From assembly GCA_964566575.1 (NCBI GenBank), contig CAZMKD010000237.1, positions 1-61,314 of the forward strand: 61,314 nt of DNA, written 5' to 3'. Source of the stretch: an uncultured Verrucomicrobiota bacterium (GTDB lineage: Bacteria; Verrucomicrobiota; Verrucomicrobiia; Palsa-1439). Position numbers and translations under genes: made by a program. Shown piece by piece: positions 37,794-47,575 of this stretch (position 1 is its first letter; every line of letters starts with the position of its first letter). Under the pieces are notes generated by a model. That model saw nothing but the letters and a program-made list of their open reading frames with translations, made no database searches and was not told where the DNA came from.

Positions 37794-39680
37794 TCATTTC
37801 ACCACCACATAATAAATGATCACCGTCACGCCCAAGCCGAACAGAAAGGCGTAGCTCTGGATGTTACCGGTCTGCAATAGCCGCAGCGTCTTACCGGCCA
37901 CGCTCGTCGCGCCGGCAAGTCCGCCGATACCGAGACGTTGCAGCACCCAGCGGTCGAACAATTCGCACAGCGTCGCGATTGTGCCTTGCACATACTTGAT
38001 GATCAGTGCGTACAACTCGTCGAAATAGTATTTGTTCTCGACCCATGTCCACGCGCGACCCAACGCAGCCTTGACCGGCGCGTCGCTCGGATTCGCCATC
38101 AGGTAAATCTTTGCCGACAACAGGAAGCCCGCGGCCGGTATGAGCAGCAGTGCGAATCCCTTCCACGCATCATGGTGCTCCGCGTGCGCATTCGGCTTGA
38201 GGAAGTGCGGGACGTAATCGCCCCATCCACCGACAATCGACAGCACAGCGAGGAACACCAGCGGCAACGTCATCACGAGCGGCGATTCGTGCGGTTCATC
38301 TTCTTTGTGTGCTAGTGGCACAGGCGTCCCTGCCTGTGAATGTTCATGATGATGCACAGCGGCCTGTGCCACCCCATGTCCCCAGCGCGGCTTGCCGAAG
38401 AACACCACGAAGCATTCCCGGCCCATGTAGTATGCCGTCAGAAACGCCGTGAACGCGCCCATCACAAACAGCGCCTTGTTGTGCTCCAGCGCAAGCAACA
38501 GGATTTGGTCCTTCGAGTAAAACCCGCTCAACGGATACACGCCGGCCAGCGCCAGTGTGCCGATCATGAACGTCGCGAAGGTGATCGGCGTCTTCTTCCA
38601 CAGACCGCCCATCTTCCAGATATCCTGTTCGTGGTGCAGCGCATGAATCACGCTGCCGGCACCAAGGAACAACAGCGCCTTGAAGAACGCGTGCGTTGTC
38701 AGATGGAACATTGCCGGCGTGATGCCGGTCAACCCGACCGCCATCACCATGTAACCGAGTTGCGAAAGCGTCGAGTACGCGAGGATGCGTTTGATGTCGT
38801 TCTGCGCGATGGCAATCGTCGCCGCGCCCAACGCCGTGATTCCGCCAATCCACGCGATCAACGTCAACGCTGTCTCGCTCGGCAAAATCACGAACGACAC
38901 CCGGCACAGCATGTAAACGCCCGCCACCACCATTGTCGCCGCATGAATGAGCGCCGAGACCGGCGTCGGCCCTTCCATCGCGTCCGGCAGCCAGACATGC
39001 AACGGAAATTGCGCGCTCTTACCGACCGCGCCGCAAAAGATCAGCGCGGCAATGAGCGACAGCGTACCGGCAGGGATACCGGCAATCTTGCCCGGCAGCT
39101 CGGCAAAGTTGAACGTGCCGGTATTCGTCCACAGCAGGAGCACGCCGAGCATCATGCCGAAGTCACCGATGCGGTTGACGAGGAACGCTTTCTTGCCGGC
39201 TTCGGCGGCGCTGTGTCTCTCGAACCAGAAACCGATGAGCAAGTAGCTGCTGACGCCGACAAGTTCCCAGAAGATGAAGATCTGGATGAAGTTGTTCGAG
39301 AGCACGATGCCGAGCATCGAGAACGTGAACAACGACAGGCACGCGAAGAACCGCGAGAATCCCGGGTCGCCCTTCATGTAGCCGACGGAATAAATGTGAA
39401 TCGCCGAGCCAACGCCGGTTACCACGAGCAGCATGAGGATGCTAAGCCGGTCAATCGTCGCGCCAAACTCAATCTTCACGGCGTCGATCACGAGCCATTG
39501 CAGCGGGGCCGGTGACTGCCAGTTGCCGTGTTGCAGGAACAATTGCATCGTGAGCGCGAAGCCAGTCAGAATCGCCGCGCACGAAATGAGTGCGCTGAGC
39601 ATCTGCGCCTTGTGCGTCAGCAGCATGATCACCGCCGCGGCGCACAGTGGAGAAAAGAGGATAATCCAGACGGGGTTCAT
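37794..39680 (-). CDS. nuoL: NADH-quinone oxidoreductase subunit L
   Basis: GKSAQFPLHVWLPDAMEGPTPVSALIHAATMV, THAFFKALLFL. Confidence 0.97.
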   Translation of the reverse strand: MNPVWIILFSPLCAAAVIMLLTHKAQMLSALISCAAILTGFALTMQLFLQHGNWQSPAPLQWLVIDAVKIEFGATIDRLSILMLLVVTGVGSAIHIYSVGYMKGDPGFSRFFACLSLFTFSMLGIVLSNNFIQIFIFWELVGVSSYLLIGFWFERHSAAEAGKKAFLVNRIGDFGMMLGVLLLWTNTGTFNFAELPGKIAGIPAGTLSLIAALIFCGAVGKSAQFPLHVWLPDAMEGPTPVSALIHAATMVVAGVYMLCRVSFVILPSETALTLIAWIGGITALGAATIAIAQNDIKRILAYSTLSQLGYMVMAVGLTGITPAMFHLTTHAFFKALLFLGAGSVIHALHHEQDIWKMGGLWKKTPITFATFMIGTLALAGVYPLSGFYSKDQILLLALEHNKALFVMGAFTAFLTAYYMGRECFVVFFGKPRWGHGVAQAAVHHHEHSQAGTPVPLAHKEDEPHESPLVMTLPLVFLAVLSIVGGWGDYVPHFLKPNAHAEHHDAWKGFALLLIPAAGFLLSAKIYLMANPSDAPVKAALGRAWTWVENKYYFDELYALIIKYVQGTIATLCELFDRWVLQRLGIGGLAGATSVAGKTLRLLQTGNIQSYAFLFGLGVTVIIYYVVVK

Positions 39681-39693
39681 AGTCTCAAACGCT

Positions 39694-39778
39694 TGTCACC
39701 CTGAGCGCAGCGAAGGGTCTCTGTCGTTTCCGCGCCGCACCCCAACGACTGAGATTCTTCGCTCCGCTCAGAATGACA
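39694..39778. repeat. palindromic element copy 3
   Basis: TGTCACCCTGAGCGCAGCGAAGGGTCTC ... GAGATTCTTCGCTCCGCTCAGAATGACA. Confidence 0.88.
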
Positions 39779-39780
39779 GC

Positions 39781-39909
39781 CTAGGAGTTTGTCGGACTTG
39801 GAAGAGAGATTTTTCATAAGTTGTTCATTATCAAGAGTCGCATTTTTCGTGGGCAAGAATAGTCAGGTTGATAATCAACGGCTTACATCAAAGTCCGACA
39901 GGCTGCTAG
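39781..39909. mobile_element. 129-bp MITE-like element
   Basis: CTAG at both ends, 16/19 terminal inverted repeat (..TGTCGGACTT), 15/18 subterminal inverted repeat, AT-rich. Confidence 0.7.
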
Positions 39910-39954
39910 TGGAAGTTTCGAGTTCGTTCGTGTCTGATTCGTGTTCATTTGTGG

Positions 39955-40266
39955 CTACAGCCGCATCGAGTTCAGTTCACTCACGCTCACGGTTTGTTTG
40001 CGGCGGAACAGCGCCACGATGATCGCCAAGCCGACTGCCACTTCCGCCGCGGCGATGGCGATGATGAAAAACACGAACACCTGGCCATCCACGATTTTGT
40101 TGTATTTCGAGAACGCGATCAGCGCGAGGTTGGCGGCGTTGAGGTTCATCTCCAGCGCCATGAAAATCACCAGCGCGTTGCGCCGCACAATCACGCCGGC
40201 AATGCCCAGCGCGAACAACAGGCCGCTCACCCAGAGGTAATGGTTGAGTGTCAGCTCGGACGTCAT
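39955..40266 (-). CDS. nuoK: NADH-quinone oxidoreductase subunit K
   Basis: RRN...[25 protein letters not shown]. Confidence 0.95.
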   Translation of the reverse strand: MTSELTLNHYLWVSGLLFALGIAGVIVRRNALVIFMALEMNLNAANLALIAFSKYNKIVDGQVFVFFIIAIAAAEVAVGLAIIVALFRRKQTVSVSELNSMRL

Positions 40267-40763
40267 TTCAAATCCTTCTTCGACAGCAGCACCACGCCGA
40301 CCATCGCGACGAGCAGTAACAGCGCGGTGACTTCAAACGGCAGCATGTAATGTTGAAACAGCGGCTTCACGACGTTCTCCAGGCCCGCGCTCAAGTCGGC
40401 GGTGCCGGTCTGCAGCGAAGTGACCGGCTTACTGAGGATGATACCGAGTTCCCACACAAACGCCCCGGCCACCACGAGTCCGCCGAGGATGCCGAGGTAC
40501 GCAAACCGCCGCCGCTCCGATGCCTTGATGTCGAGCAGCATAATGACGAACAGGAACAGCACCATCACCGCCCCGGCATAGACGAGCACCTGAATCGCCG
40601 CGATGAAGAACGCCTCCAGCAGCACGAACAGCCCGGCCATGAACAGAAACATCAGCACAAGACACATCGCGCTGGCGACCGGATTGCGGTTGGCAATCAC
40701 CAGCACGCCGCAGAACAGCATCGCGAGGCTGAAGAACCAAAATAGTGTGTCGTGAAAGTTCAT
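40263..40763 (-). CDS. nuoJ: NADH-quinone oxidoreductase subunit J
   Basis: [26 protein letters not shown]. Confidence 0.95.
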   Translation of the reverse strand: MNFHDTLFWFFSLAMLFCGVLVIANRNPVASAMCLVLMFLFMAGLFVLLEAFFIAAIQVLVYAGAVMVLFLFVIMLLDIKASERRRFAYLGILGGLVVAGAFVWELGIILSKPVTSLQTGTADLSAGLENVVKPLFQHYMLPFEVTALLLLVAMVGVVLLSKKDLK

Positions 40764-40767
40764 TCGC

Positions 40768-41340
40768 TTAGTGCTTTGACGTCGCCTCGACCGGCTTGCC
40801 ATCTCTTACCGGTGCCGCGGGCTCGCCCGGCGGCGGCGCGCCCATGTACTTCCATTTCCAAATCGAGTCCGGCTGGACGCCGCCGAGTTCCAGCAGCTTC
40901 TGTTTGTTGAACTTCAACTCATCGCGGCTGTAGCCGGCAATGGCGAAATCGTTTTTGAGGAAGATCGCCTCCTCTGGGCAGACTTCCTCGCAGTAGCCGC
41001 AGTAAATGCACCGCAGCATGTCGATGACGAATTCCTGCGGTTCTTTCTCGACGTTGGCGTCGAACGCGTTCTCCGGTCGGAATCCCGGCGTAATGCGAAT
41101 CGCTTTCGGCGGGCACACAAACTCACAGAGTTGGCACGACACGCATTTCACGCGGCCCTCCGGATCTTTCACCAACGTCGGCGCGCCCCGGTAAGCGCCG
41201 TACAGCGGCGGCTTTTCTTCGGGATACTGCCGGGTGAACTTCCGCTTCGGGATATGCTTCAACGTCAGCCACAGCCCGCCGATAATCTGCGGGATGTACG
41301 TTTTCTCCAACCACGTTAGTTTGGGTCGCTGGACTTGCAT
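40768..41340 (-). CDS. nuoI: NADH-quinone oxidoreductase subunit I
   Basis: CVSCQLCEFVCP and CIYCGYCEEVCP. Confidence 0.96.
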   Translation of the reverse strand: MQVQRPKLTWLEKTYIPQIIGGLWLTLKHIPKRKFTRQYPEEKPPLYGAYRGAPTLVKDPEGRVKCVSCQLCEFVCPPKAIRITPGFRPENAFDANVEKEPQEFVIDMLRCIYCGYCEEVCPEEAIFLKNDFAIAGYSRDELKFNKQKLLELGGVQPDSIWKWKYMGAPPPGEPAAPVRDGKPVEATSKH

Positions 41341-41341
41341 G

Positions 41342-42376
41342 TCACTTCACCACCAAGGCGAGCACCACGCCCACGAGCAAAATGTTTACGATGGTCAACG
41401 GGATGAAAATCTTCCAGCCCAACGCCATCAATTGGTCATACCGGAACCGCGGAATCGTCCAGCGCACCCAGATGTAGACAAACAACACGGCCAGCAATTT
41501 CGCCACAAACACGCCGATGTGCAGCAACCCGACGCCAAGCGTCTTGGCCGGCGCGTTCAGCGGCGCGAACGGCAGCGACCACCCGCCGAGAAACAGCGTC
41601 ACGATCAGCGACGACATCACGAACATCGCCGCGTACTCGCCCATCATGAACATGCCGAACTTCATCGAGCTGTACTCGGTGTTATAGCCGCCGACGAGTT
41701 CCTGTTCTGCCTCCGGCAGATCGAACGGCAGCCGGTTGGTCTCCGCAAACGCGCTGATGCCGAAAATGAAAAACGACAGCCATTGCCACGGATATACAAT
41801 CAGCCACGTGTGTTGCGCCTGATACTCGACCACGCTGCCAAAATTCAACGACCCCGCCTGCATGAATACCGGCACGACGCTCAGTCCAAGGCACACTTCA
41901 TACGAAATCATCTGTGCGCTCGACCGGATCCCGCCGAGGAACGGATACTTCGAATTGCTCGCGTACCCGGCCAGCACGATGCCGTAGACCGACAAGGACG
42001 TGAACGCGAACACGAACAGCACGCCGATATTCAAATCCGCGATCACGCACTTCACGTTGTGCCCGGCAATCGGCAGATAACTGCCCCACGGAATCACGCC
42101 GATGTTGATCAACGCCGGCATCATCACCAGCGTCGGCGCGAGGGTGTACAGCACCTTGTTGACGTGATGCGGCAACACGTCTTCCTTCAAAATCAGTTTC
42201 AGCCCATCCGCCAACGGTTGCAGCAACCCGAGCGGCCCGACGCGATTTGGCCCGATGCGATCCTGAATCCACGCCGACACCCAGCGTTCCGCCATCACCG
42301 TGTACGCCACAATGCCGAGCATCGCACCGATGACGCAGGCGATCTTGATGAGGTGAAAAAGAAGTTCGATGATCAT
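41342..42376 (-). CDS. nuoH: NADH-quinone oxidoreductase subunit H
   Basis: QDRIGPNRVGPLGLLQPLADGLKL, ETNRLPFDLPEAE. Confidence 0.97.
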   Translation of the reverse strand: MIIELLFHLIKIACVIGAMLGIVAYTVMAERWVSAWIQDRIGPNRVGPLGLLQPLADGLKLILKEDVLPHHVNKVLYTLAPTLVMMPALINIGVIPWGSYLPIAGHNVKCVIADLNIGVLFVFAFTSLSVYGIVLAGYASNSKYPFLGGIRSSAQMISYEVCLGLSVVPVFMQAGSLNFGSVVEYQAQHTWLIVYPWQWLSFFIFGISAFAETNRLPFDLPEAEQELVGGYNTEYSSMKFGMFMMGEYAAMFVMSSLIVTLFLGGWSLPFAPLNAPAKTLGVGLLHIGVFVAKLLAVLFVYIWVRWTIPRFRYDQLMALGWKIFIPLTIVNILLVGVVLALVVK

Positions 42377-44001
42377 ACCTTTGCCAGCATCGGTTGCGCT
42401 TCGGCCTTGGGTTCGGCCTGCTCAATCTTCAACTCCACACCCAAATCGCCAATCTTCGACAGGTTCAACCCCGCCAACGACGGTAACGTCCGCGCCATGT
42501 CTGCAAAAACGTCTTCAATGGCTGCGTAGCTTTCGCCGAGGAGAGCCGTGAGTGTCTGCCATTCCGGCCGCGCGATGCCGACCGGCGGAATTGCCGCGTT
42601 GAATCGCTGCAGCCGGTTCTTGCCATTAACGAACGTCCCGCGCTTCTCCGCAAACGTCGTCCCCGGCAACACGTAGTTCGCGTGTTCCGTCGCCTTCGTC
42701 GGCAACGTGTCGATCACGACGAGCAACTCAAGTTTCTTGAGCAATTCCTCCTCGACCGCATCTTCACCGAGCACAACGAGCGTCTTGATCTTACCGGCCT
42801 TGATGCCTTCGATGATCTCCGCAAGCTTGCCGGTCGCTACGCCGGTAAGTTTCGCGCCGGCAGTGTTCGGATTCCGGTCGGCCTGCAACAGCTTGCCGTC
42901 AGCCTCGCCGGTATGCGGGACGATGTCGACGAGTTCGCCGACGAGTTTCTTAAACAAGAAAAGTTCTTCGGTCGTCGCCCGTCCACTCGCGATACCGGCC
43001 ACGCCTTTCGCCGCCTTCAGTTTACCGGCAATTTGCCGGGTGGCCTCAACCCACGTGAGATTCACGCGCTCGCCGTAGACCGCGCTCTTCACGGTCGGCG
43101 ACGTGAGCCTGGCCGGGTCGTTGATGTACTTGAAATGCAACCGGCCGTAATCGCACATCCAGCATTGGTTGACGGCGTCGTTGTCGCGCGGCGTTTGCCG
43201 GTAGACGACGCCTTCGCGCGACCAGAGCACGGTGTTGCAGCCGGTCGAGCAATTCGGGCAGACCGACTTCGTCTCCTTCAAGAACCACACGCGTTGCTGG
43301 AAACGGAAATCATTCGAGGTCAGCGCGCCAACCGGGCAAATGTCCACAATATTAAGGTCGTAGTTCGTCTTCGGTTCTTGGCCGGGATAGCACGTGAGTG
43401 TCGAGTGACTGCCGCGGTCGATGAAGCCGAGGCAGTCCTGTCCGGCCACTTCCTTCATGAAGCGCACGCAGCGCGAGCAGAGGATGCAACGTTCGTCGTC
43501 GAGCATGATCTTCTTGCCGATAGGCGACATCTTCGGCTTGTGAACTTTCTCCTCGATGAATCGGCTCTCGCCCTTGCCGTAGTCCACGGAGAATTCTTGG
43601 AGCCGGCATTCGCCCGCCTGGTCGCAGATCGGGCAATCGAGCGGGTGGTTGATCAGCAAAAATTCCATCACGCCTTCGCGCGCCTTCACGACCTTTAGCG
43701 AACGCGTGTGCACGACCATGCCTTCCGCGACGCCGGCGTTGCAGCGGATCGCCAGCTTCGGCGCGAACATGATGACCGGTTTGCCATCCGGCCCGCTCTC
43801 CGGTTTCTTGTCCGGGCCGAGCTTCGGCATGCCGGTATCAACGAGACACATGCGGCAGTTGCCGGCGATGGTCAGCTTCGGGTGATAGCAATAGTGCGGC
43901 ACTTCAATGCCCGCGAGCTTCGCCGCCTCGATGAGGTTCATCCCCTTCGGCGCGACGACTTCCCTGTCATCAATCGTGAGTTTGACTGTGTTATCGGCCA
44001 T
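42373..44001 (-). CDS. nuoG: NADH-quinone oxidoreductase subunit G (short form, 542 aa)
   Basis: CYH..GNCRMC, HPLDCPICDQAGEC, CILCSRC, CPNCSTGC. Confidence 0.93.
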   Translation of the reverse strand: MADNTVKLTIDDREVVAPKGMNLIEAAKLAGIEVPHYCYHPKLTIAGNCRMCLVDTGMPKLGPDKKPESGPDGKPVIMFAPKLAIRCNAGVAEGMVVHTRSLKVVKAREGVMEFLLINHPLDCPICDQAGECRLQEFSVDYGKGESRFIEEKVHKPKMSPIGKKIMLDDERCILCSRCVRFMKEVAGQDCLGFIDRGSHSTLTCYPGQEPKTNYDLNIVDICPVGALTSNDFRFQQRVWFLKETKSVCPNCSTGCNTVLWSREGVVYRQTPRDNDAVNQCWMCDYGRLHFKYINDPARLTSPTVKSAVYGERVNLTWVEATRQIAGKLKAAKGVAGIASGRATTEELFLFKKLVGELVDIVPHTGEADGKLLQADRNPNTAGAKLTGVATGKLAEIIEGIKAGKIKTLVVLGEDAVEEELLKKLELLVVIDTLPTKATEHANYVLPGTTFAEKRGTFVNGKNRLQRFNAAIPPVGIARPEWQTLTALLGESYAAIEDVFADMARTLPSLAGLNLSKIGDLGVELKIEQAEPKAEAQPMLAKV

Positions 44002-44004
44002 GTT

Positions 44005-44841
44005 CTAACTCTTCAAAGCGGCCAGCAATTGAATCGGAGTGAAAGAAAAATCTTTCTTCATCTGCTTCCCCGTCCACTTTTTCACGAGTGGCGTTTTCGA
44101 AAGTGCATTCAACACAACGTGCAAGGCGAAGTTGGCGTCATCAGCGGCGCGTAGCTCACCTGCTGTCAGGATAAATGATGGCGTGTTCCCGGAGACTCCC
44201 TTCACCTCAACTTTTCGCGTCTGTTCGCCCTTCACGCAAAGGAGATCAAAACCAATTCTCTGTTTCTCGACAGACTCTACCTCCCACCCCAATTTCCGGA
44301 AGTCACCAGTAACCTTTCGAACTGCTGCTTCTTCTACCTTTCGATTCTTGGCTGGGTCACCAAATCCACCGCCGCCTTGCTTCTTCTTGTCGGCAACAGA
44401 TTTGGATTTCGCATGGCTGCCTTTCCAAGGCAGGAGTTTCTTCAACTCTGACTCTACATGCTTCAAGCTGACGACAGCCGCACGAGGGGCTACCCATTTC
44501 CGGACAAGTTGTGCGCTAATGGGGCGACCATTGAGTAGTTGTTCGCACTTATTGAGATCAAACTTGAGATCCACGAACCATTCTTCGCCGTCCTGCAACA
44601 CATCGTTGACCTTGGCATATCCGATGATCCCGAGGTCTTGGTCTCCCGTGTACACATAGACCTCGTCGCCCTTCCGGACGTTGTGGAAGTTCGTCTTGAT
44701 ATACCATGCGTCGTCTTCAGCTAAGCGGCGGTTCTCCACGAGAATCCTGTACGTATCAACGGATACCGGCCAGTGACGACCGTCCTTAAGTTCAAAGTAT
44801 CGGCCAGCCCGCTCTGAGATTGGATAGAGCCACGACGACAT
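44005..44841 (-). CDS. EVE/PUA-like domain fused to DUF3883 PD-(D/E)xK nuclease
   Basis: NVRKGDEVYVY..GIIGYAKV..FVDLKF..RPIS; C-terminal VEEAAV..GWEV..GFDL..VEVKG; GGAGG RBS. Confidence 0.75.
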   Translation of the reverse strand: MSSWLYPISERAGRYFELKDGRHWPVSVDTYRILVENRRLAEDDAWYIKTNFHNVRKGDEVYVYTGDQDLGIIGYAKVNDVLQDGEEWFVDLKFDLNKCEQLLNGRPISAQLVRKWVAPRAAVVSLKHVESELKKLLPWKGSHAKSKSVADKKKQGGGGFGDPAKNRKVEEAAVRKVTGDFRKLGWEVESVEKQRIGFDLLCVKGEQTRKVEVKGVSGNTPSFILTAGELRAADDANFALHVVLNALSKTPLVKKWTGKQMKKDFSFTPIQLLAALKS

Positions 44842-44867
44842 TACTTCAGTCCTCCGTTCTCGTGCGT

Positions 44868-45150
44868 TGTCACCCTGAGCGTAGCGAAAGGTCTCTGTCG
44901 TTTCTTCGGAAGCGACCGAACAATGTTGTAGCCACTCACGTAACTGCCGTTCGCGGTGTGAGTCCAGGACCACTGAACGTCTTCATTAGAAGCGAGCGCG
45001 ACGCCTTGCACGGCAAGCGCGCCCGACAACGATGATTGCGGGGCCGTCACCCAGCGAATACCGGCAGTCGTCTTCGATCGCCGCGAACGACTGAGATTTG
45101 CCGCTTTACGACGAGCGGCCTCTGCGAGTTTCACTTCGTTCAGAATGACA
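44868..45150. repeat. palindromic element copy 4 with about 200 bp interior and split right arm
   Basis: Left arm 44868-44895; right arm GAGATTT (45093) and TCACTTCGTTCAGAATGACA (45131-45150). Confidence 0.75.
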
Positions 45151-45160
45151 TCCAACGTGA

Positions 45161-45718
45161 TCATCGCTGTGCTTTCCTTCGGGCTATCTGGTACTTTGCG
45201 CCACGCTCCCGAACTTGGAAGCCGATCTGTTTGCGCGGCGGTTCTGGCTCGGTCATGAGTTGCCGGATCGCCTCGAAGACGACGCGGAACTGCTTGTCGT
45301 ATTTCTTCTCCAGTTCTTCGAGCTTGCGAGCAAGATCAGCGCGTGTCGCCAGCAGTTGCCGGAGCTTGACGAAGGCGCGCATGATCTCGATGTTCACTTT
45401 CACCGCGCGCGGGCTGTGCAGAACGCTGGAAAGCATCGCGACGCCTTGTTCCGTGAAAGCGTAGGGAGTGAACCGTCGCCCACCCCAACTTGAAATCACA
45501 ATTCGTGATTTCAAGTTTGTAAGCTCTTGGCGTGTAAGCTGAAACATGAAATCATCCGGGAAGCGCTCGGCGTTGCGTTTCACAGCTTGGTTCAAGACAC
45601 CCACTGGCACGCCATAGAGTTCTGCCAGGTCGGCGCTCAACATCACCTTCTGTCCGCGAATCAAGTAGATGCTGTTCTGAATCCGCTCAGCTGGAACAAT
45701 GGAGGAGTTAGTGGCCAT
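45161..45718 (-). CDS. ORF6N-domain protein
   Basis: [16 protein letters not shown]....[34 protein letters not shown]. Confidence 0.93.
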   Translation of the reverse strand: MATNSSIVPAERIQNSIYLIRGQKVMLSADLAELYGVPVGVLNQAVKRNAERFPDDFMFQLTRQELTNLKSRIVISSWGGRRFTPYAFTEQGVAMLSSVLHSPRAVKVNIEIMRAFVKLRQLLATRADLARKLEELEKKYDKQFRVVFEAIRQLMTEPEPPRKQIGFQVRERGAKYQIARRKAQR

Positions 45719-47474
45719 TCTTCCCCCCGTTCTTGCACGCTTCTTCAAACTCGCTGCGGTAATTTTTCAGGAACGCCTTGACCGGCCACGCCGCGGCTTC
45801 GCCAAGCGGGCAGATCGTTTTGCCGTCGATGTTGTCGGCAACTTCGAACAATAGATCGACGTCTTCGGGGCGACCGTGGCCTTCTTTGATGCGGTGGAGC
45901 ATTTTCTCCATCCAGAGCGTGCCCTCCCGGCAGGGCGTGCATTGGCCGCAACTTTCGTGGGCGTAAAATTGGGAGACGTTCAGCGTGGCGTCGACGATAC
46001 TCACGTCTTCGGTAAGCACGATGATGCCGCCGCTGCCGGCCATCGTGCCGGCTTTGCGCAGCGATTCGAAGTCGAGCGGGACATCCAGATTATTGGCGGG
46101 CAAAACTGGCATCGAACTGCCGCCGGGGATGACGCCTTTGATCTTTTTGCCGTCGGTCAAGCCGCCGCAGACATCTTCGATGAGTTGGCGCATCGTAAGT
46201 TTGCCCATCTCGAATTCGTAATACCCGGGGTGTTTGACCGGGCCGCTGACGCAGACGAGGCGCGTGCCGGTCGAGCCGGGGACGCCCATAGCCTTGAACC
46301 ATGCCGCGCCGTTCTTCACGATGTGCGGGATATTGGCGAGCGTCTCGACGTTGTTGACGACGGTCGGGCAGCCGAACAAGCCGACCACTGCCGGGAACGG
46401 CGGCTTGATGCGCGGGTAAGCACGTTTGCCTTCGAGCGATTCGATGAGGCCAGTCTCTTCACCGCAGATATATGCGCCAGCACCGCGATGGACGTAAATC
46501 TCAACACCCTTGCCGACGTAGCCTTGGGCGCGGGCTTCTTCAATGGCTTTCAGGAGAATCTGCGCGCCGACCGGCATCTCGCCCCGAATGTAGATGTAAG
46601 CGACCTTCGCCCCGACGGCGTAACAGGAGATGAGAATGCCTTCGAGGAGTTGGTGCGGGTCGTAATTGATGAGCTGCCGGTCCTTGAACGTTCCCGGCTC
46701 AGATTCGTCGGCGTTGCAGACGAGATAGACGGGCTTGCCGGTGCCCTTGGCGAGGAAACCCCATTTGAGGCCGCACGGGAAACCGGCGCCGCCACGACCG
46801 CGAATCTCGCTGCTCTTGACTTCATTGACGATTTCCTCGGGCTTCATCGTCAACGCCTTCGCCAACGCTTGATAGCCACCTTCCTTCTCGTAATCGGCGA
46901 GCGAACCGGTGTAGCCGGGCTTGGTGATGTTCGAGAGCACGATGCGTTTTTCGAGTGGATGGGCCGGCAACGGTTTCGCGATCGGTTCTTTCGCGAGTGT
47001 GCCGGTCCGGCGGATGTCAGCAATGATCTGATTGAGCCGCTCGGGCGTGACGCTGTCGAAGTGCTCGTCGTTGATCATCATGGCCGGCCCGGTGCCGCAC
47101 GAGGCGAGGCATTCGACTGTCGAAATCGTGAAGAGACCGTCGGGCGTGTTTTCATCGAGGCCGACGCCGAGTTTGTCCTTGAGCCGCTTCAGCAAACCAG
47201 CGCAACCGGCGAGGTCGCACGAGAGTGTCCGGCAAACTTTGACGTGAAACTTGCCGCGCGGCGTCTGGGTAAACATCGGGTAGAACGTGACGACTTCCCA
47301 GACATTGATCGGTTGCAGGCTGAGTTTCTGCGCCGTCCATTCGACCTGCTCGCTGCCGAGATACCCGAAGTGCTCTTGTAAGAGGTGGAGTAGCCACAGT
47401 ACCGATGCCCGTTTGGTCGGGTAGTGCGTGATGATCTCGTCGATGTGACGTTCTAATTGTTCTGGTACGGTCAT
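45708..47474 (-). CDS. nuoEF: fused NADH-quinone oxidoreductase subunits E and F
   Basis: NuoE CRTLSC..CLASC followed in frame by Nuo[32 protein letters not shown]. Confidence 0.93.
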   Translation of the reverse strand: MTVPEQLERHIDEIITHYPTKRASVLWLLHLLQEHFGYLGSEQVEWTAQKLSLQPINVWEVVTFYPMFTQTPRGKFHVKVCRTLSCDLAGCAGLLKRLKDKLGVGLDENTPDGLFTISTVECLASCGTGPAMMINDEHFDSVTPERLNQIIADIRRTGTLAKEPIAKPLPAHPLEKRIVLSNITKPGYTGSLADYEKEGGYQALAKALTMKPEEIVNEVKSSEIRGRGGAGFPCGLKWGFLAKGTGKPVYLVCNADESEPGTFKDRQLINYDPHQLLEGILISCYAVGAKVAYIYIRGEMPVGAQILLKAIEEARAQGYVGKGVEIYVHRGAGAYICGEETGLIESLEGKRAYPRIKPPFPAVVGLFGCPTVVNNVETLANIPHIVKNGAAWFKAMGVPGSTGTRLVCVSGPVKHPGYYEFEMGKLTMRQLIEDVCGGLTDGKKIKGVIPGGSSMPVLPANNLDVPLDFESLRKAGTMAGSGGIIVLTEDVSIVDATLNVSQFYAHESCGQCTPCREGTLWMEKMLHRIKEGHGRPEDVDLLFEVADNIDGKTICPLGEAAAWPVKAFLKNYRSEFEEACKNGGKNGH

Positions 47475-47487
47475 TTTTCTTTAGTGC

Positions 47488-47564
47488 TGTCACCCTGAGC
47501 GCAGCGAAGGGTCTCAGTCGAACCGGCCGAACGACGGAGATTCTTCGCTTCGCTCAGAATGACA
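47488..47564. repeat. palindromic element copy 5
   Basis: TGTCACCCTGAGCGCAGCGAAGGGTCTC ... GAGATTCTTCGCTTCGCTCAGAATGACA. Confidence 0.88.
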
Positions 47565-47575
47565 AATAAATTTTT

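Noticed and set aside
44842-44973. N-terminal extension of the EVE-nuclease ORF and the 44841-45164 ORF as genes
   Set aside because: Largely translation of REP arms; a GGAGG site supports the ATG at 44841
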